From positions 131,193 to 195,192 of the IMG/VR virus record IMGVR_UViG_3300024239_000355: 64,000 nucleotides of DNA. One strand, given 5' to 3'. Shown here piece after piece: positions 51,639 through 60,472 of this stretch (position 1 is its first letter; every line of letters starts with the position of its first letter). A program made the position numbers and the translations under genes. The notes below the pieces were generated by a model, which saw only the letters and a program-made list of their open reading frames with translations, was not told the origin of the DNA and ran no database searches. This DNA comes from a virus.

Positions 51639-52910
51639 ATGAATTCCCAAGAATACATTTGCGTCATGTTCCCGTACCCGTCTGGGGCGGGCTTGCATCT
51701 GGGTCACTACTACAACTACGCCATCATCGATTCGTACTGCCGGTGGCGGCGCCTGCAAGGGGCGTCCGTGTTCCAACCGTTTGGGTACGATGCCTTCGGG
51801 CTGCCTGCCGAGAACTATGCCCGACAGATCGGCGGCGACCCGGCGACCGTCACCTATGACAACATCACCCGGTTCCGCCAGCAGATGGAGCGCATGAATA
51901 CCCAATACGTCGAACGCGCAGTCACGTGCGACCCGAGTTACGTCAAATGGACCCAATGGGTATTCACCAAGATGATGGAACGTGGGCTGGCGTACAAAGC
52001 CTGGGGCGATGTTAATTGGTGTCCGTCCTGCGGGACCGTCCTGGCGAATGAACAGGTGGTTGAGGGTAAGTGCGAACGATGCAGCAGCACCGTTGAGCAG
52101 AAACACTTGAACCAATGGTACCTGCGCATTACCGACTACAAAGATCGATTGATCGCCAATCTTGACTACATCGACTACCCGGAATCCACCAAGAAACAGC
52201 AGCGCAATTGGCTGGAAAACCTGCGCGACTGGTGCGTATCACGTCAACGCAATTGGGGCTGCCCAATTCCGGTGGAAGGTGAAACCGACACCCTGGATAC
52301 GTTCGTTGACTCGTCCTTCTATTATCTGCGCTATCTGACCGATTCGGACAGCGAGTTCCTGCCGATAGAAAATTACCGGCAAGTTGATCTGTATGTTGGC
52401 GGTCCAGAACACGCCTGCATGCATCTGATCTACGCCCGGTTCGTCCACATGTTCTTGTACGACATCGGGGTGGTGCCAGTCGAAGAGCCATTCAAGCGGG
52501 TCATCCATCAAGGAATGATCACAAAGGACGGCGCCAAGATGTCCAAGTCCAAAGGTAACGCGGTCAATCCGGATGAATACGACCCGGACGAACTGCGCAT
52601 GTATCTGATGTTCCTGGGTCACTACTTCGATGGGGGCGATTGGTCCGACACTCATATCAGCGGGGTACGCCGGTTCTTCGGGCGCATGAAGCGATGGCTG
52701 GCTGACACTTCAGGTGAGGCTATCGACCTGACCGCGTTCGAGAAGCAGTTGAACTACAACGTCGAGAACTTCAAGTTCAACAAGGTGGTCAGTGGCTTCA
52801 TGGAGTTCTACAACAAGAACAGCAAGAAACCGGTAGACCGGGTAACCGCAGACCGAATCATTGATTTGCTGCGGGTATTTGCACCGGGGTTCGACGTAGG
52901 GGAGGGTTAA
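51639..52910 (+). CDS. leuS: Minimal leucyl-tRNA synthetase (no CP1 editing domain, truncated C-terminus)
   Basis: MFPYPSG..LHLGH, DAFGLPAEN, TVLANEQV Zn knuckle, LRDWCVSRQR.WG.PIP, DTF.DSS, GG.EHA..HL.YARF, KMSKS; 423 aa. Confidence 0.9.
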   Translation: MNSQEYICVMFPYPSGAGLHLGHYYNYAIIDSYCRWRRLQGASVFQPFGYDAFGLPAENYARQIGGDPATVTYDNITRFRQQMERMNTQYVERAVTCDPSYVKWTQWVFTKMMERGLAYKAWGDVNWCPSCGTVLANEQVVEGKCERCSSTVEQKHLNQWYLRITDYKDRLIANLDYIDYPESTKKQQRNWLENLRDWCVSRQRNWGCPIPVEGETDTLDTFVDSSFYYLRYLTDSDSEFLPIENYRQVDLYVGGPEHACMHLIYARFVHMFLYDIGVVPVEEPFKRVIHQGMITKDGAKMSKSKGNAVNPDEYDPDELRMYLMFLGHYFDGGDWSDTHISGVRRFFGRMKRWLADTSGEAIDLTAFEKQLNYNVENFKFNKVVSGFMEFYNKNSKKPVDRVTADRIIDLLRVFAPGFDVGEG

Positions 52911-52960
52911 CCCTCCCCTGGACTCGTCCGGTCATCCCTCCCCTGGACTCGTCCGGTCAT
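52911..52960. repeat. Exact 25-bp tandem duplication
   Basis: CCCTCCCCTGGACTCGTCCGGTCAT x2. Confidence 0.95.
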
Positions 52961-53132
52961 CCCAGTTGGAAACCACATAATAGAGCGTGTACGGGAAGAC
53001 AATCCACCCAAGAAAGAATGCCGCGATCTTCACCCATCCCGGCATTTCTTTGTCAAAATGGACGAAGTGGTAATAATGCCACCACGTAGACGTGAATCCC
53101 ATCCCGGCAATTATCCAAAGCAACAGCCCCAT
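52932..53132 (-). CDS. small two-TM membrane protein
   Basis: 66 aa, two hydrophobic segments. Confidence 0.65.
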   Translation of the reverse strand: MGLLLWIIAGMGFTSTWWHYYHFVHFDKEMPGWVKIAAFFLGWIVFPYTLYYVVSNWDDRTSPGEG

Positions 53133-53145
53133 TAGCCCACCTATA

Positions 53146-54258
53146 TTAGATCAGGAAGCTCACCGGCATTGGTTCAACTTCCATATCTGTCGTATCAATT
53201 GATTCCTTCAGCTTCTCGCTGAAATCGTCGTCCCAGTTCTGGATAATCTCCATCATGCGGACAACCAGCAATGTAGCAGAAATCAAGTCGTCGTGTGTCC
53301 CAGATTTGGCTTCGAACCCATCAGCCTTTGCAACAAAGGTTTTCAGTTCCTTAACCAACCGCATACTGTTCAAACCAATACGCGCACTCTCCACCAAGCT
53401 TTTGAAACGCATACAGGCAGTCAGCTTGTTGCGCGGAGTGGTATTCAATCCATAACGCTTCCTCCCGCCACCACCATTCCGCTTTGGCTCAAGGATGAAT
53501 TCACCAGGGAAGACCTCAAGACCGGTATCGTTGATCACGACCATCGCAGCGTCACCGTAACCACCATTGTTTTCGAACGACCAATAGATGGATGGTTCTG
53601 AGATTTGGAGTGGATGTTCCCTGAGTTCACGGTAGAGCCGGTGGAGAACCTTCAGCAACACGCTGACCTGACCACGGATATCGGTGCTGTTCGAACACCA
53701 CTCAGCCACCTGTTTGAAGTCGGGTAGCTGATAGACTTGGATTGCGGAGAAATCGCGCCCGACACCACCACCCGGATCAAGACCCACTATGTAGGCGTGG
53801 TTGGGCTTGATATCGTCGTAGAAACGTATCTCGCCTTCCTTCCATTTGGGTTCCACGCCGAACATATTTTCAAGGACCATACCCGAGATCAGGGTTTCGT
53901 CCTTGGTCACGAAACGGCAATTGTGGCTCAATACCTTGTTGGTAAAATATCGCTCAACGCCATCCACCCCGATGATGTCGTAAACTGGTTCTATGCGCCC
54001 AGTATCAACCAGATTTGATATGAGCAAATCGGTCGGCACTGCATAGATTCGATCACCAATCGAAAGGTCTCTAACTTCAACCTCTTTATGGTCATAGCGG
54101 AACAGTACGTGATTATCAGTACATTCCAAGTATGACCCACCGGCAAATTCTACTCGGTAAATCCGGCGATCACCCATATAGGCAATACCTTTGAAATCCT
54201 TATACCCTTGATCCGTAAGGATTTTATATCCTTTGGTATTCTCTTTAAATGTTTGCAT
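53146..54258 (-). CDS. terL: Split-intein C-half (113 aa) fused to terminase large subunit nuclease domain
   Basis: ..CTDNH..VYD..VLSHN|CRF; then GLDPGGGVGRDFSA, FENN, HDDL RNase H-like nuclease motifs. Confidence 0.92.
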   Translation of the reverse strand: MQTFKENTKGYKILTDQGYKDFKGIAYMGDRRIYRVEFAGGSYLECTDNHVLFRYDHKEVEVRDLSIGDRIYAVPTDLLISNLVDTGRIEPVYDIIGVDGVERYFTNKVLSHNCRFVTKDETLISGMVLENMFGVEPKWKEGEIRFYDDIKPNHAYIVGLDPGGGVGRDFSAIQVYQLPDFKQVAEWCSNSTDIRGQVSVLLKVLHRLYRELREHPLQISEPSIYWSFENNGGYGDAAMVVINDTGLEVFPGEFILEPKRNGGGGRKRYGLNTTPRNKLTACMRFKSLVESARIGLNSMRLVKELKTFVAKADGFEAKSGTHDDLISATLLVVRMMEIIQNWDDDFSEKLKESIDTTDMEVEPMPVSFLI

Positions 54259-54261
54259 TAG

Positions 54262-56043
54262 TTAACCTTTGTTGTTTCTCCATATAAATTTGTAATGTCC
54301 ACAATCCCACAGACGATGAAACCCACGTTCCAACATAATTTCCACTTCTGTTTTAGAAGGATCAAAACCCTCTTTTACTAATTTATGCTTCATAAATTTC
54401 TGTCGGGCGTACCGATAGCCTCCATTAACCCAAAAATATCCCGGCTTGGTGACCGACACTAACTCAAAACCCATTGCCCGATACACCGTACCATCGTTAC
54501 TCCACCGTCGATCTGCGTAACTCACAACCGATGTAGGATTTTCTTGTTTAACAAAATATACAAATAAACGTGATGCCCCGCCAACACACCGGGTCGAGGT
54601 AGCATAACGAATTAACTCCCAGCCATCACCATTGAAGCGATTGCGCCCAAACGTCATTAAGGCAACAAGTTCGTCACCATAATATAGCCCCACCGCAACA
54701 GAAGATGGGGTATATCCTTGCGAATGGTACAACGATAAGAACAAACGTTCAGCTTCAACATCAACCGGTGCAATAACACATTGACGCGCATAAACCGCCT
54801 TCTGGTTTATACCCAATGCCGTGCGAATACGTCCTTCCACTAATGGTCGGTTGGTAAGCCACTCATCTTCAAAAATAGTCAGAAGATGAATATTCTGCTC
54901 ATTACAACGTTCCAATTTCATCAAATGATAATTACGATCCTTACCATTGGCTTCCGAATGCCAATACACACCACAATATTCAATTGCGATATTTTTTTGA
55001 GGAACGTAAATGTCCAATTCATACGGTGCAATGATACGTCTCGAATTCCGGATCAAATCAAAACCACAGGTTTCAACAAATTTCGCCATATCCTCTTCCC
55101 CAATTGAAGTCCTTTTGGGGTAGCACGATGGACACCGAGGCATACTACCAGCATATAAATCATCAAAAAATTCAGTCGAGCACTCATTACACCGCCATTT
55201 ATGGTCGATACAAATCCCCCCATATTCTTCCAACGTGAATAACGGCGTGACATTCCCGACACGCCCCGCCAATGCCATATACGTGTGACGCATTCGACTT
55301 GCGGCAATCGCCCGCTTTACCACATCATTTTGAGAAGCATATTCAGTCCCAAACCGCTCTTGTATAGATTTTCGTCCTTTTTCGCGCGTTGGTTTATGTA
55401 ATAGGGTTGTACAAACCCCATAGCGATCAAGATTCGTCTGAACAACTTTTTCACGCACAGCCGTATCAAACATATGATGACCACCATATTTTTTCTGCTG
55501 TACCTCCTTAATTTGTTCTTGCACCGTCAACGCAGACAGCGGTGAAGATGTTCCATACCGCTCGTTACACGTTGTTCGGACCTTTTTGCGCACTTCCTCC
55601 GACGACATTGGCGTATTTCCGCCATACCGTTCCATATTGGTACATGCCGCTTTTTCACGCACTTCTTTTGATGCCATCGGAGTGTTCCCACCATACCGCT
55701 CCGTATTAGTCTGCTGGCGCCGTTGGTTAATTTCTTCCACGGCACTACTTGTGCGCCGATCCCATGTCCACCGCGCAGCACATTCTTTCGAACCACATGT
55801 GTTGGCGTAACTATGATCCTTTTGATAGAATTTCTTGGAAGTACCACAATAGGGGCAACTTTCCATCACACCAGTGATGAAAGTTTCATAATACGCTTGG
55901 TAAGTGAAACCATGGTCGCGCAAATGCCGTGTAAACGCCCCAGTCTTACGTGAGTATGGTTTACCATCTATACGCGATATAACAACTGGTTGTAAAAGTT
56001 CGTCGCACATAACAAACCCACAAAGCTTCATGTATAATGACAA
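54262..56043 (-). CDS. Free-standing homing endonuclease (Hef/DUF7487-like)
   Basis: CPYC..TCG Zn region, TN.ERYG repeats, ELDIY..IAIEYCGVYWH, IFEDEW, SYADRRWS, WDCG. Confidence 0.85.
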   Translation of the reverse strand: MSLYMKLCGFVMCDELLQPVVISRIDGKPYSRKTGAFTRHLRDHGFTYQAYYETFITGVMESCPYCGTSKKFYQKDHSYANTCGSKECAARWTWDRRTSSAVEEINQRRQQTNTERYGGNTPMASKEVREKAACTNMERYGGNTPMSSEEVRKKVRTTCNERYGTSSPLSALTVQEQIKEVQQKKYGGHHMFDTAVREKVVQTNLDRYGVCTTLLHKPTREKGRKSIQERFGTEYASQNDVVKRAIAASRMRHTYMALAGRVGNVTPLFTLEEYGGICIDHKWRCNECSTEFFDDLYAGSMPRCPSCYPKRTSIGEEDMAKFVETCGFDLIRNSRRIIAPYELDIYVPQKNIAIEYCGVYWHSEANGKDRNYHLMKLERCNEQNIHLLTIFEDEWLTNRPLVEGRIRTALGINQKAVYARQCVIAPVDVEAERLFLSLYHSQGYTPSSVAVGLYYGDELVALMTFGRNRFNGDGWELIRYATSTRCVGGASRLFVYFVKQENPTSVVSYADRRWSNDGTVYRAMGFELVSVTKPGYFWVNGGYRYARQKFMKHKLVKEGFDPSKTEVEIMLERGFHRLWDCGHYKFIWRNNKG

Positions 56044-56150
56044 TAAACCAACTTAGGCTCCGCTCATAGTAATATTCTTATCGCCATGTTGTTCAGTGCT
56101 TTTTGCAAAAAATTTTTCAATTCCAAAACGGTAAGCGATTTCAATAAGCC

Positions 56151-57164
56151 TCATTTGATGACCTCATATTTGTCAGCCGCATCAAACACCCAGAATTCAA
56201 ATACGAATCCTGCATCCTCACAGGCTTTTTTCTTGCGTCTGTTGTTCTCAATCCGACTTTCATACCCTGGACGCCCACCCGCGTCGTACCACCACCGACT
56301 CTTCACTTCGATAATGCGGTTCTCCTTGGGTATGTAGATGTCTGGGTAATATTTCGAATTCCGATTTGGTACGGCTATGTACGGAATGATTGGGACTTCG
56401 ACATCCTTCAAAACATAGCTGTCATGTACCTTGATCTCGTCTTCGACGTATTGTTCCAGTAATAATGAAACAACTCGCCCCTCAAAACCACGAATACCAA
56501 TTACACGTCCTGACGGTAATGTGTAGTCGTAAATACTTGCATTACCCTTAGCCGATTGCCGAATACAACTCGGATGCAAATACATATTCTCGATACCATA
56601 CCGATCAAGATTTGTCTTACGGCGTTTGTCGATAATTTCTTCTTTACGAGCAACAGTATGCTTGGCAAATTGCTTCATCGTCTGGTCATGGTTGTTGTAG
56701 TTTGGATCGCCATAACGAGCTTCCTTGGTTTCTCGTGACTTCAGATTGCCCCGCTGCCACCCATCCAGCCCGTTCTCATCAAGCTGGCGGTTGGTCGCTA
56801 CTCGGCGTTCAATAATCTCACGCCCTTCCTCGGAATTAAGCAGCTTCTTCAACCCTTGGCTCTTACGTTCTGACACCTTGGCTTTCTTGGTTTCATCCCA
56901 ACTATTAATCCGCTGGCTTACTACCTTACCAACACACACTGGCTCACCACAGGTTTCCCCATAGGTATTGTTTTTCTGGTAAAATGTCTTGGGCTTACCG
57001 CAATACGGACAAATTTCTTCCTTCCCCGTCACGTAAGTTTCGTAATACTGGCGGTAGGTCAGGTCGTTCGCAACTAGATGTCTGGTGAATTGCCCATTGG
57101 TACGGCAATAACGCTGCCCATCAATGGCAGAAATAACAAATTTTGAAAGCAAAGGATCAGTCAT
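56151..57164 (-). CDS. Free-standing PD-(D/E)xK endonuclease
   Basis: N-terminus paralogous to 54262..56043; YYPDIYIPKENRIIEVKS. Confidence 0.82.
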   Translation of the reverse strand: MTDPLLSKFVISAIDGQRYCRTNGQFTRHLVANDLTYRQYYETYVTGKEEICPYCGKPKTFYQKNNTYGETCGEPVCVGKVVSQRINSWDETKKAKVSERKSQGLKKLLNSEEGREIIERRVATNRQLDENGLDGWQRGNLKSRETKEARYGDPNYNNHDQTMKQFAKHTVARKEEIIDKRRKTNLDRYGIENMYLHPSCIRQSAKGNASIYDYTLPSGRVIGIRGFEGRVVSLLLEQYVEDEIKVHDSYVLKDVEVPIIPYIAVPNRNSKYYPDIYIPKENRIIEVKSRWWYDAGGRPGYESRIENNRRKKKACEDAGFVFEFWVFDAADKYEVIK

Positions 57165-57237
57165 GGTCAGTTCCCATTATGGATGTCTGACCATATTTAT
57201 CTTTTGTGTAACAGACGTTGTTCGCTTAAAAAACGGT

Positions 57238-58149
57238 TCACAGCGAGGCAAACAAATCACCCATTGTCATGTCAAAAATATTGTTATTACAATCACTTAA
57301 TGATATAATAGTATATTGTACGACACAACAATGCTCGCGCAAAAATCTGTCGTGACCAATGTTGGCCTCTTCTTCCTTCGCCCATTCCTCACCACGATCC
57401 GGGTGTTCCGACCACGGCACGTTGATATGGAAAAAACCATTTACACCTTCACCGTTCGGACGAAGATTACCAAACTCGTCTAAGTTGTTTTCTGCTGCAC
57501 GGTAAATTTGTGCAAACTGGTCGTCATTATTATTTGGCGTCGAAGTAATAATACATTTACCACCGGTAGACAGGGTAGGACGAATAGCGGTCCAGAATTC
57601 CTTAGCAATATTCGGCGGTACGAACGCGAACTCGTCAAGGTACAGAACGGAAATAGACTTACCGCGACCGGTATTTTCTGTGGTTGCTTCGGCGCGGATC
57701 GTTGATCCGTTGTCGAACTCCACACGCTCCATCGCGTAATACTTCACGCCAGCGCGAATATGGTCTGGCAAGGATTCATAGGCGAACTTCACACGCTTCA
57801 TAATTTCAAGCGCCTGATCGTACTTGTTCGCCGCGATGAGGATGTTAGAAGTCGGGTGGAACATCGCGTACCAGAGCAAGAAACCCACGGCACATTCCGT
57901 TTTACCCAACTGACGACCAGTAAGCGAAATCACCTGACGATGACCAAGGTATGCCTGGATCATTCGCTTCTGGTACTCAAACAACTTAAACGGTACTTCA
58001 CCCTTCACCGGATGCAGCACACGCATAAAACTTTCCATCATGTAGATCGGGTCTTCAGCACAACGACGGAGTTCCATCAACTCTTTTTCTGTGTAAAGAA
58101 CCTTCTCAAATGCAGTCTTTGTTAATTTTTTTGCCACGGTTTTTTCCAT
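57238..58149 (-). CDS. terL: Terminase large subunit ATPase domain fused to a 29-aa split-intein N-half
   Basis: GRQLGKT Walker A, LYLDEFAF Walker B, ITSTPN; ends FLREHC|CVVQYTIISL...MGDLFASL. Confidence 0.93.
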   Translation of the reverse strand: MEKTVAKKLTKTAFEKVLYTEKELMELRRCAEDPIYMMESFMRVLHPVKGEVPFKLFEYQKRMIQAYLGHRQVISLTGRQLGKTECAVGFLLWYAMFHPTSNILIAANKYDQALEIMKRVKFAYESLPDHIRAGVKYYAMERVEFDNGSTIRAEATTENTGRGKSISVLYLDEFAFVPPNIAKEFWTAIRPTLSTGGKCIITSTPNNNDDQFAQIYRAAENNLDEFGNLRPNGEGVNGFFHINVPWSEHPDRGEEWAKEEEANIGHDRFLREHCCVVQYTIISLSDCNNNIFDMTMGDLFASL

Positions 58150-58443
58150 AAATCATTGAAAACCGTGACTATTTATGCACACACAATTAACACCACTGTT
58201 TACGTAACACGATAAATACTTTCACCGGGGGTTTTCTGGTGAAAGAAGGTAGGATGTTTGCAATGTTGCGAAAAGCGTGGTACGGTATAATCGGTAAGAC
58301 CAAGGAGGCGATCATGTCCGCCCATTTCAGCCTCAGGGAACAAATTCTCAGTGCCCCTGACCCGACACCGGATACCTTGATCACACATGTGAATACCAGA
58401 AACTCAGAACTCGCCGCTCAGAATTGCAGGACGGCTCGACGCA

Positions 58444-58995
58444 TCACACAGGTTGAAGTCGAATAATCTGTTCGTCCACCGCTTCTGCCATTCGCCCTAA
58501 TGCCTCCACTAGGACAGACAGAATGTCCTTGATCATTTGGAGAGGGCGCAAATACGATCCAACACCGTTGTTGGACGCCAATTCCTTTTCAATATGTGCA
58601 ACGACTTCACCCATATTCTCGGCTGCGAGCCGGGCTGCCTCCGAAATTCGTTGATACTCTTGCTTGGCTGCCGCGAACGACTCGGTTGTGGGAACACGCC
58701 GGTTCATCGAGCCTTCAACTTGCGACAACAGGTGTGCCAGTTCTTCGAGCGCCTTATCCACGGGACCGGCGCCAGGGACCGTGTTCAGGTGAGTGTACTT
58801 AGCGAGCCGGGCATACGCGCTTAGAACTTGACCGATCTCCATGGTTTCAAGCCGCAGATCGTAAATGAACTGGTAGACCCACTTCATCTTGTTCATCAGA
58901 CCAGCCGGGAAGTCGATCTTCTTCAATCGCAGCCGATCAATCGAATGGGCGATTGCATCAAGTTCTTCATCACCGTGCATATCAGTCAAACGCAT
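58444..58995 (-). CDS. hypothetical helical protein (late promoter, MRLTD leader)
   Basis: 183 aa; TAAATA and GGAG upstream. Confidence 0.75.
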   Translation of the reverse strand: MRLTDMHGDEELDAIAHSIDRLRLKKIDFPAGLMNKMKWVYQFIYDLRLETMEIGQVLSAYARLAKYTHLNTVPGAGPVDKALEELAHLLSQVEGSMNRRVPTTESFAAAKQEYQRISEAARLAAENMGEVVAHIEKELASNNGVGSYLRPLQMIKDILSVLVEALGRMAEAVDEQIIRLQPV

Positions 58996-59097
58996 GTAGG
59001 CTCTCCTTTGAACTCCTTTATTTAGTTCAACCTATTGACTTCTTTTCATCCATTGGTTACTATATTCAATACTTTACCTTTTGTGTTGGAAAGTGCG

Positions 59098-59310
59098 ATG
59101 GCTATTATCCCCGTCACCGACGACATTATAGCGGCAGCCAAGGGCTGGGAGGGTGGACGTGTGATGGTAGACTACAACAGTCTTAAACTGCGTTCTCCGG
59201 TCAAACGCCATGGTGAATGGGGATGCCGTTGTAACGGTTGGGTCAAATTCCGTGGTGTCGAAATTCATCAGAATGGTTCGAGTGTCGTCTACGTATTCAA
59301 GGTGTTGTAA
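59098..59310 (+). CDS. hypothetical protein
   Basis: Preceded by TTGACT-17 nt-TACTAT promoter (59035-59063). Confidence 0.6.
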   Translation: MAIIPVTDDIIAAAKGWEGGRVMVDYNSLKLRSPVKRHGEWGCRCNGWVKFRGVEIHQNGSSVVYVFKVL

Positions 59311-59504
59311 TGGAATGGTTTGATCGCGATCTAATTTCGTGCAAGATCGGGACGATACCAGCGTTGGTACTGGTGCATGGCTCTGATAAGAAGAAACTTG
59401 CCGTTGGTAAATGGATCAGGGTCAAGGAAAGCGAAGGTGCCCGGTGGACCCAGGTGTATGTTACCGAAGTCCGCGAGGATGGTTACTTCTTCGCGTCTCG
59501 CTGA
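59310..59504 (+). CDS. hypothetical protein
   Basis: TAATG coupling with the upstream ORF. Confidence 0.6.
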   Translation: MEWFDRDLISCKIGTIPALVLVHGSDKKKLAVGKWIRVKESEGARWTQVYVTEVREDGYFFASR

Positions 59505-59627
59505 CTACTCCGCAGCGACCGGCAACGGACGTGGTATCTTGATCTGGCTCTTGCTCATGTTTTCATGAGCCTTATCGCCATTTAGTGGGGCATCCCGCCC
59601 CTCGGTGATGATGTCTTTCCAGCGCAT
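59505..59627 (-). pseudogene. 40-aa stub MRWKDIITEGRDAPL... with late promoter
   Basis: Manual translation; TAAATA 5 nt upstream; leader resembles neighbouring genes. Confidence 0.45.
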
Positions 59628-59659
59628 GCAGATATTTAGCCGCCGGGATAAATACGAAT

Positions 59660-60325
59660 ATGCGCACGACAGAGATCACCGAAGAAATTAGTGTTGCCAA
59701 AATGGTTGCTCGCAACCAGTGGGCAACCTATGAAATGATCGAACACTACCTCAAGAACAATGGTTACAAGATCATCGGGACAGGTAGTTATAGCGAAACC
59801 TATGCAAAGGCAAATGAAACCTTCGTCATCAAGGTTGCATATTTGCCCGACCGGACATGGCTGAAGTTCGTAGAGCTTACCCATACCGACAAAGCAAACC
59901 CACACTTCCCGAAGATCAGCCGGGTGCGCCGGTATGCGTCCGAAGATGGCTATGCATTTATCGCATTCGTGGAACGTCTCGCGCCAATAACAACGGACAC
60001 CCCAGACATTCATCTACTTGCGGCATACATGATAAATCTGATCGGCAACCTACCAGATGACAAATTTGCCGCGTCAAGTATCAAACGCAGACATAGACTA
60101 TTCTGGAATGATTATACCTATTCGATTGCGCGTAAGAAGTGGGAGGAAAATGAGAACTTGTTGCACACCCTTTGTGCAGAATTCGAGCGCAAATATCCCC
60201 GTTTCGTCGGCACGATCCAAACCGTTATTCAGAATGCCGGGGAACACACCATCGATCTTCATGACGAAAACATCATGGTGCGCCCGCGCGACAACACCTT
60301 CGTCATCATGGACCCGTACTCATGA
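59660..60325 (+). CDS. Protein-kinase-like fold protein
   Basis: IGTGSYS glycine loop, VIKV, FVERL, DLHDENIM catalytic loop, IMDP; MRTTEITE leader. Confidence 0.85.
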   Translation: MRTTEITEEISVAKMVARNQWATYEMIEHYLKNNGYKIIGTGSYSETYAKANETFVIKVAYLPDRTWLKFVELTHTDKANPHFPKISRVRRYASEDGYAFIAFVERLAPITTDTPDIHLLAAYMINLIGNLPDDKFAASSIKRRHRLFWNDYTYSIARKKWEENENLLHTLCAEFERKYPRFVGTIQTVIQNAGEHTIDLHDENIMVRPRDNTFVIMDPYS

Positions 60326-60472
60326 GGCTGTACGAGATCACCACCCCGTCTAACCTCAATGACGACGGGTCTAATCCCCACATCAGCGAGAACATCCATG
60401 CGGATTGATGAGATCGTCGCCAGCAGCCGGGCGCCCTTGTACCACTGGCTCTACTTGGCAACCCCAATATGA
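60322..60472 (+). pseudogene. Two overlapping stubs: MRLYEITT... (60322-60408) and MRIDEIVASSRAPLYHW... (60398-60472)
   Basis: Manual translation; ATGA coupling to the kinase; ends at the convergent fibre gene. Confidence 0.45.

Noticed and set aside
54259-57237. Group I intron interrupting terL
   Set aside because: Little non-coding space for a ribozyme core; intein halves on both fragments explain the split
58254-58466. Plus-strand ORF with SAHFSLRE, reminiscent of a peptidase M15 start
   Set aside because: Too short, no catalytic motifs, overlaps the convergent gene; possible remnant but not supportable
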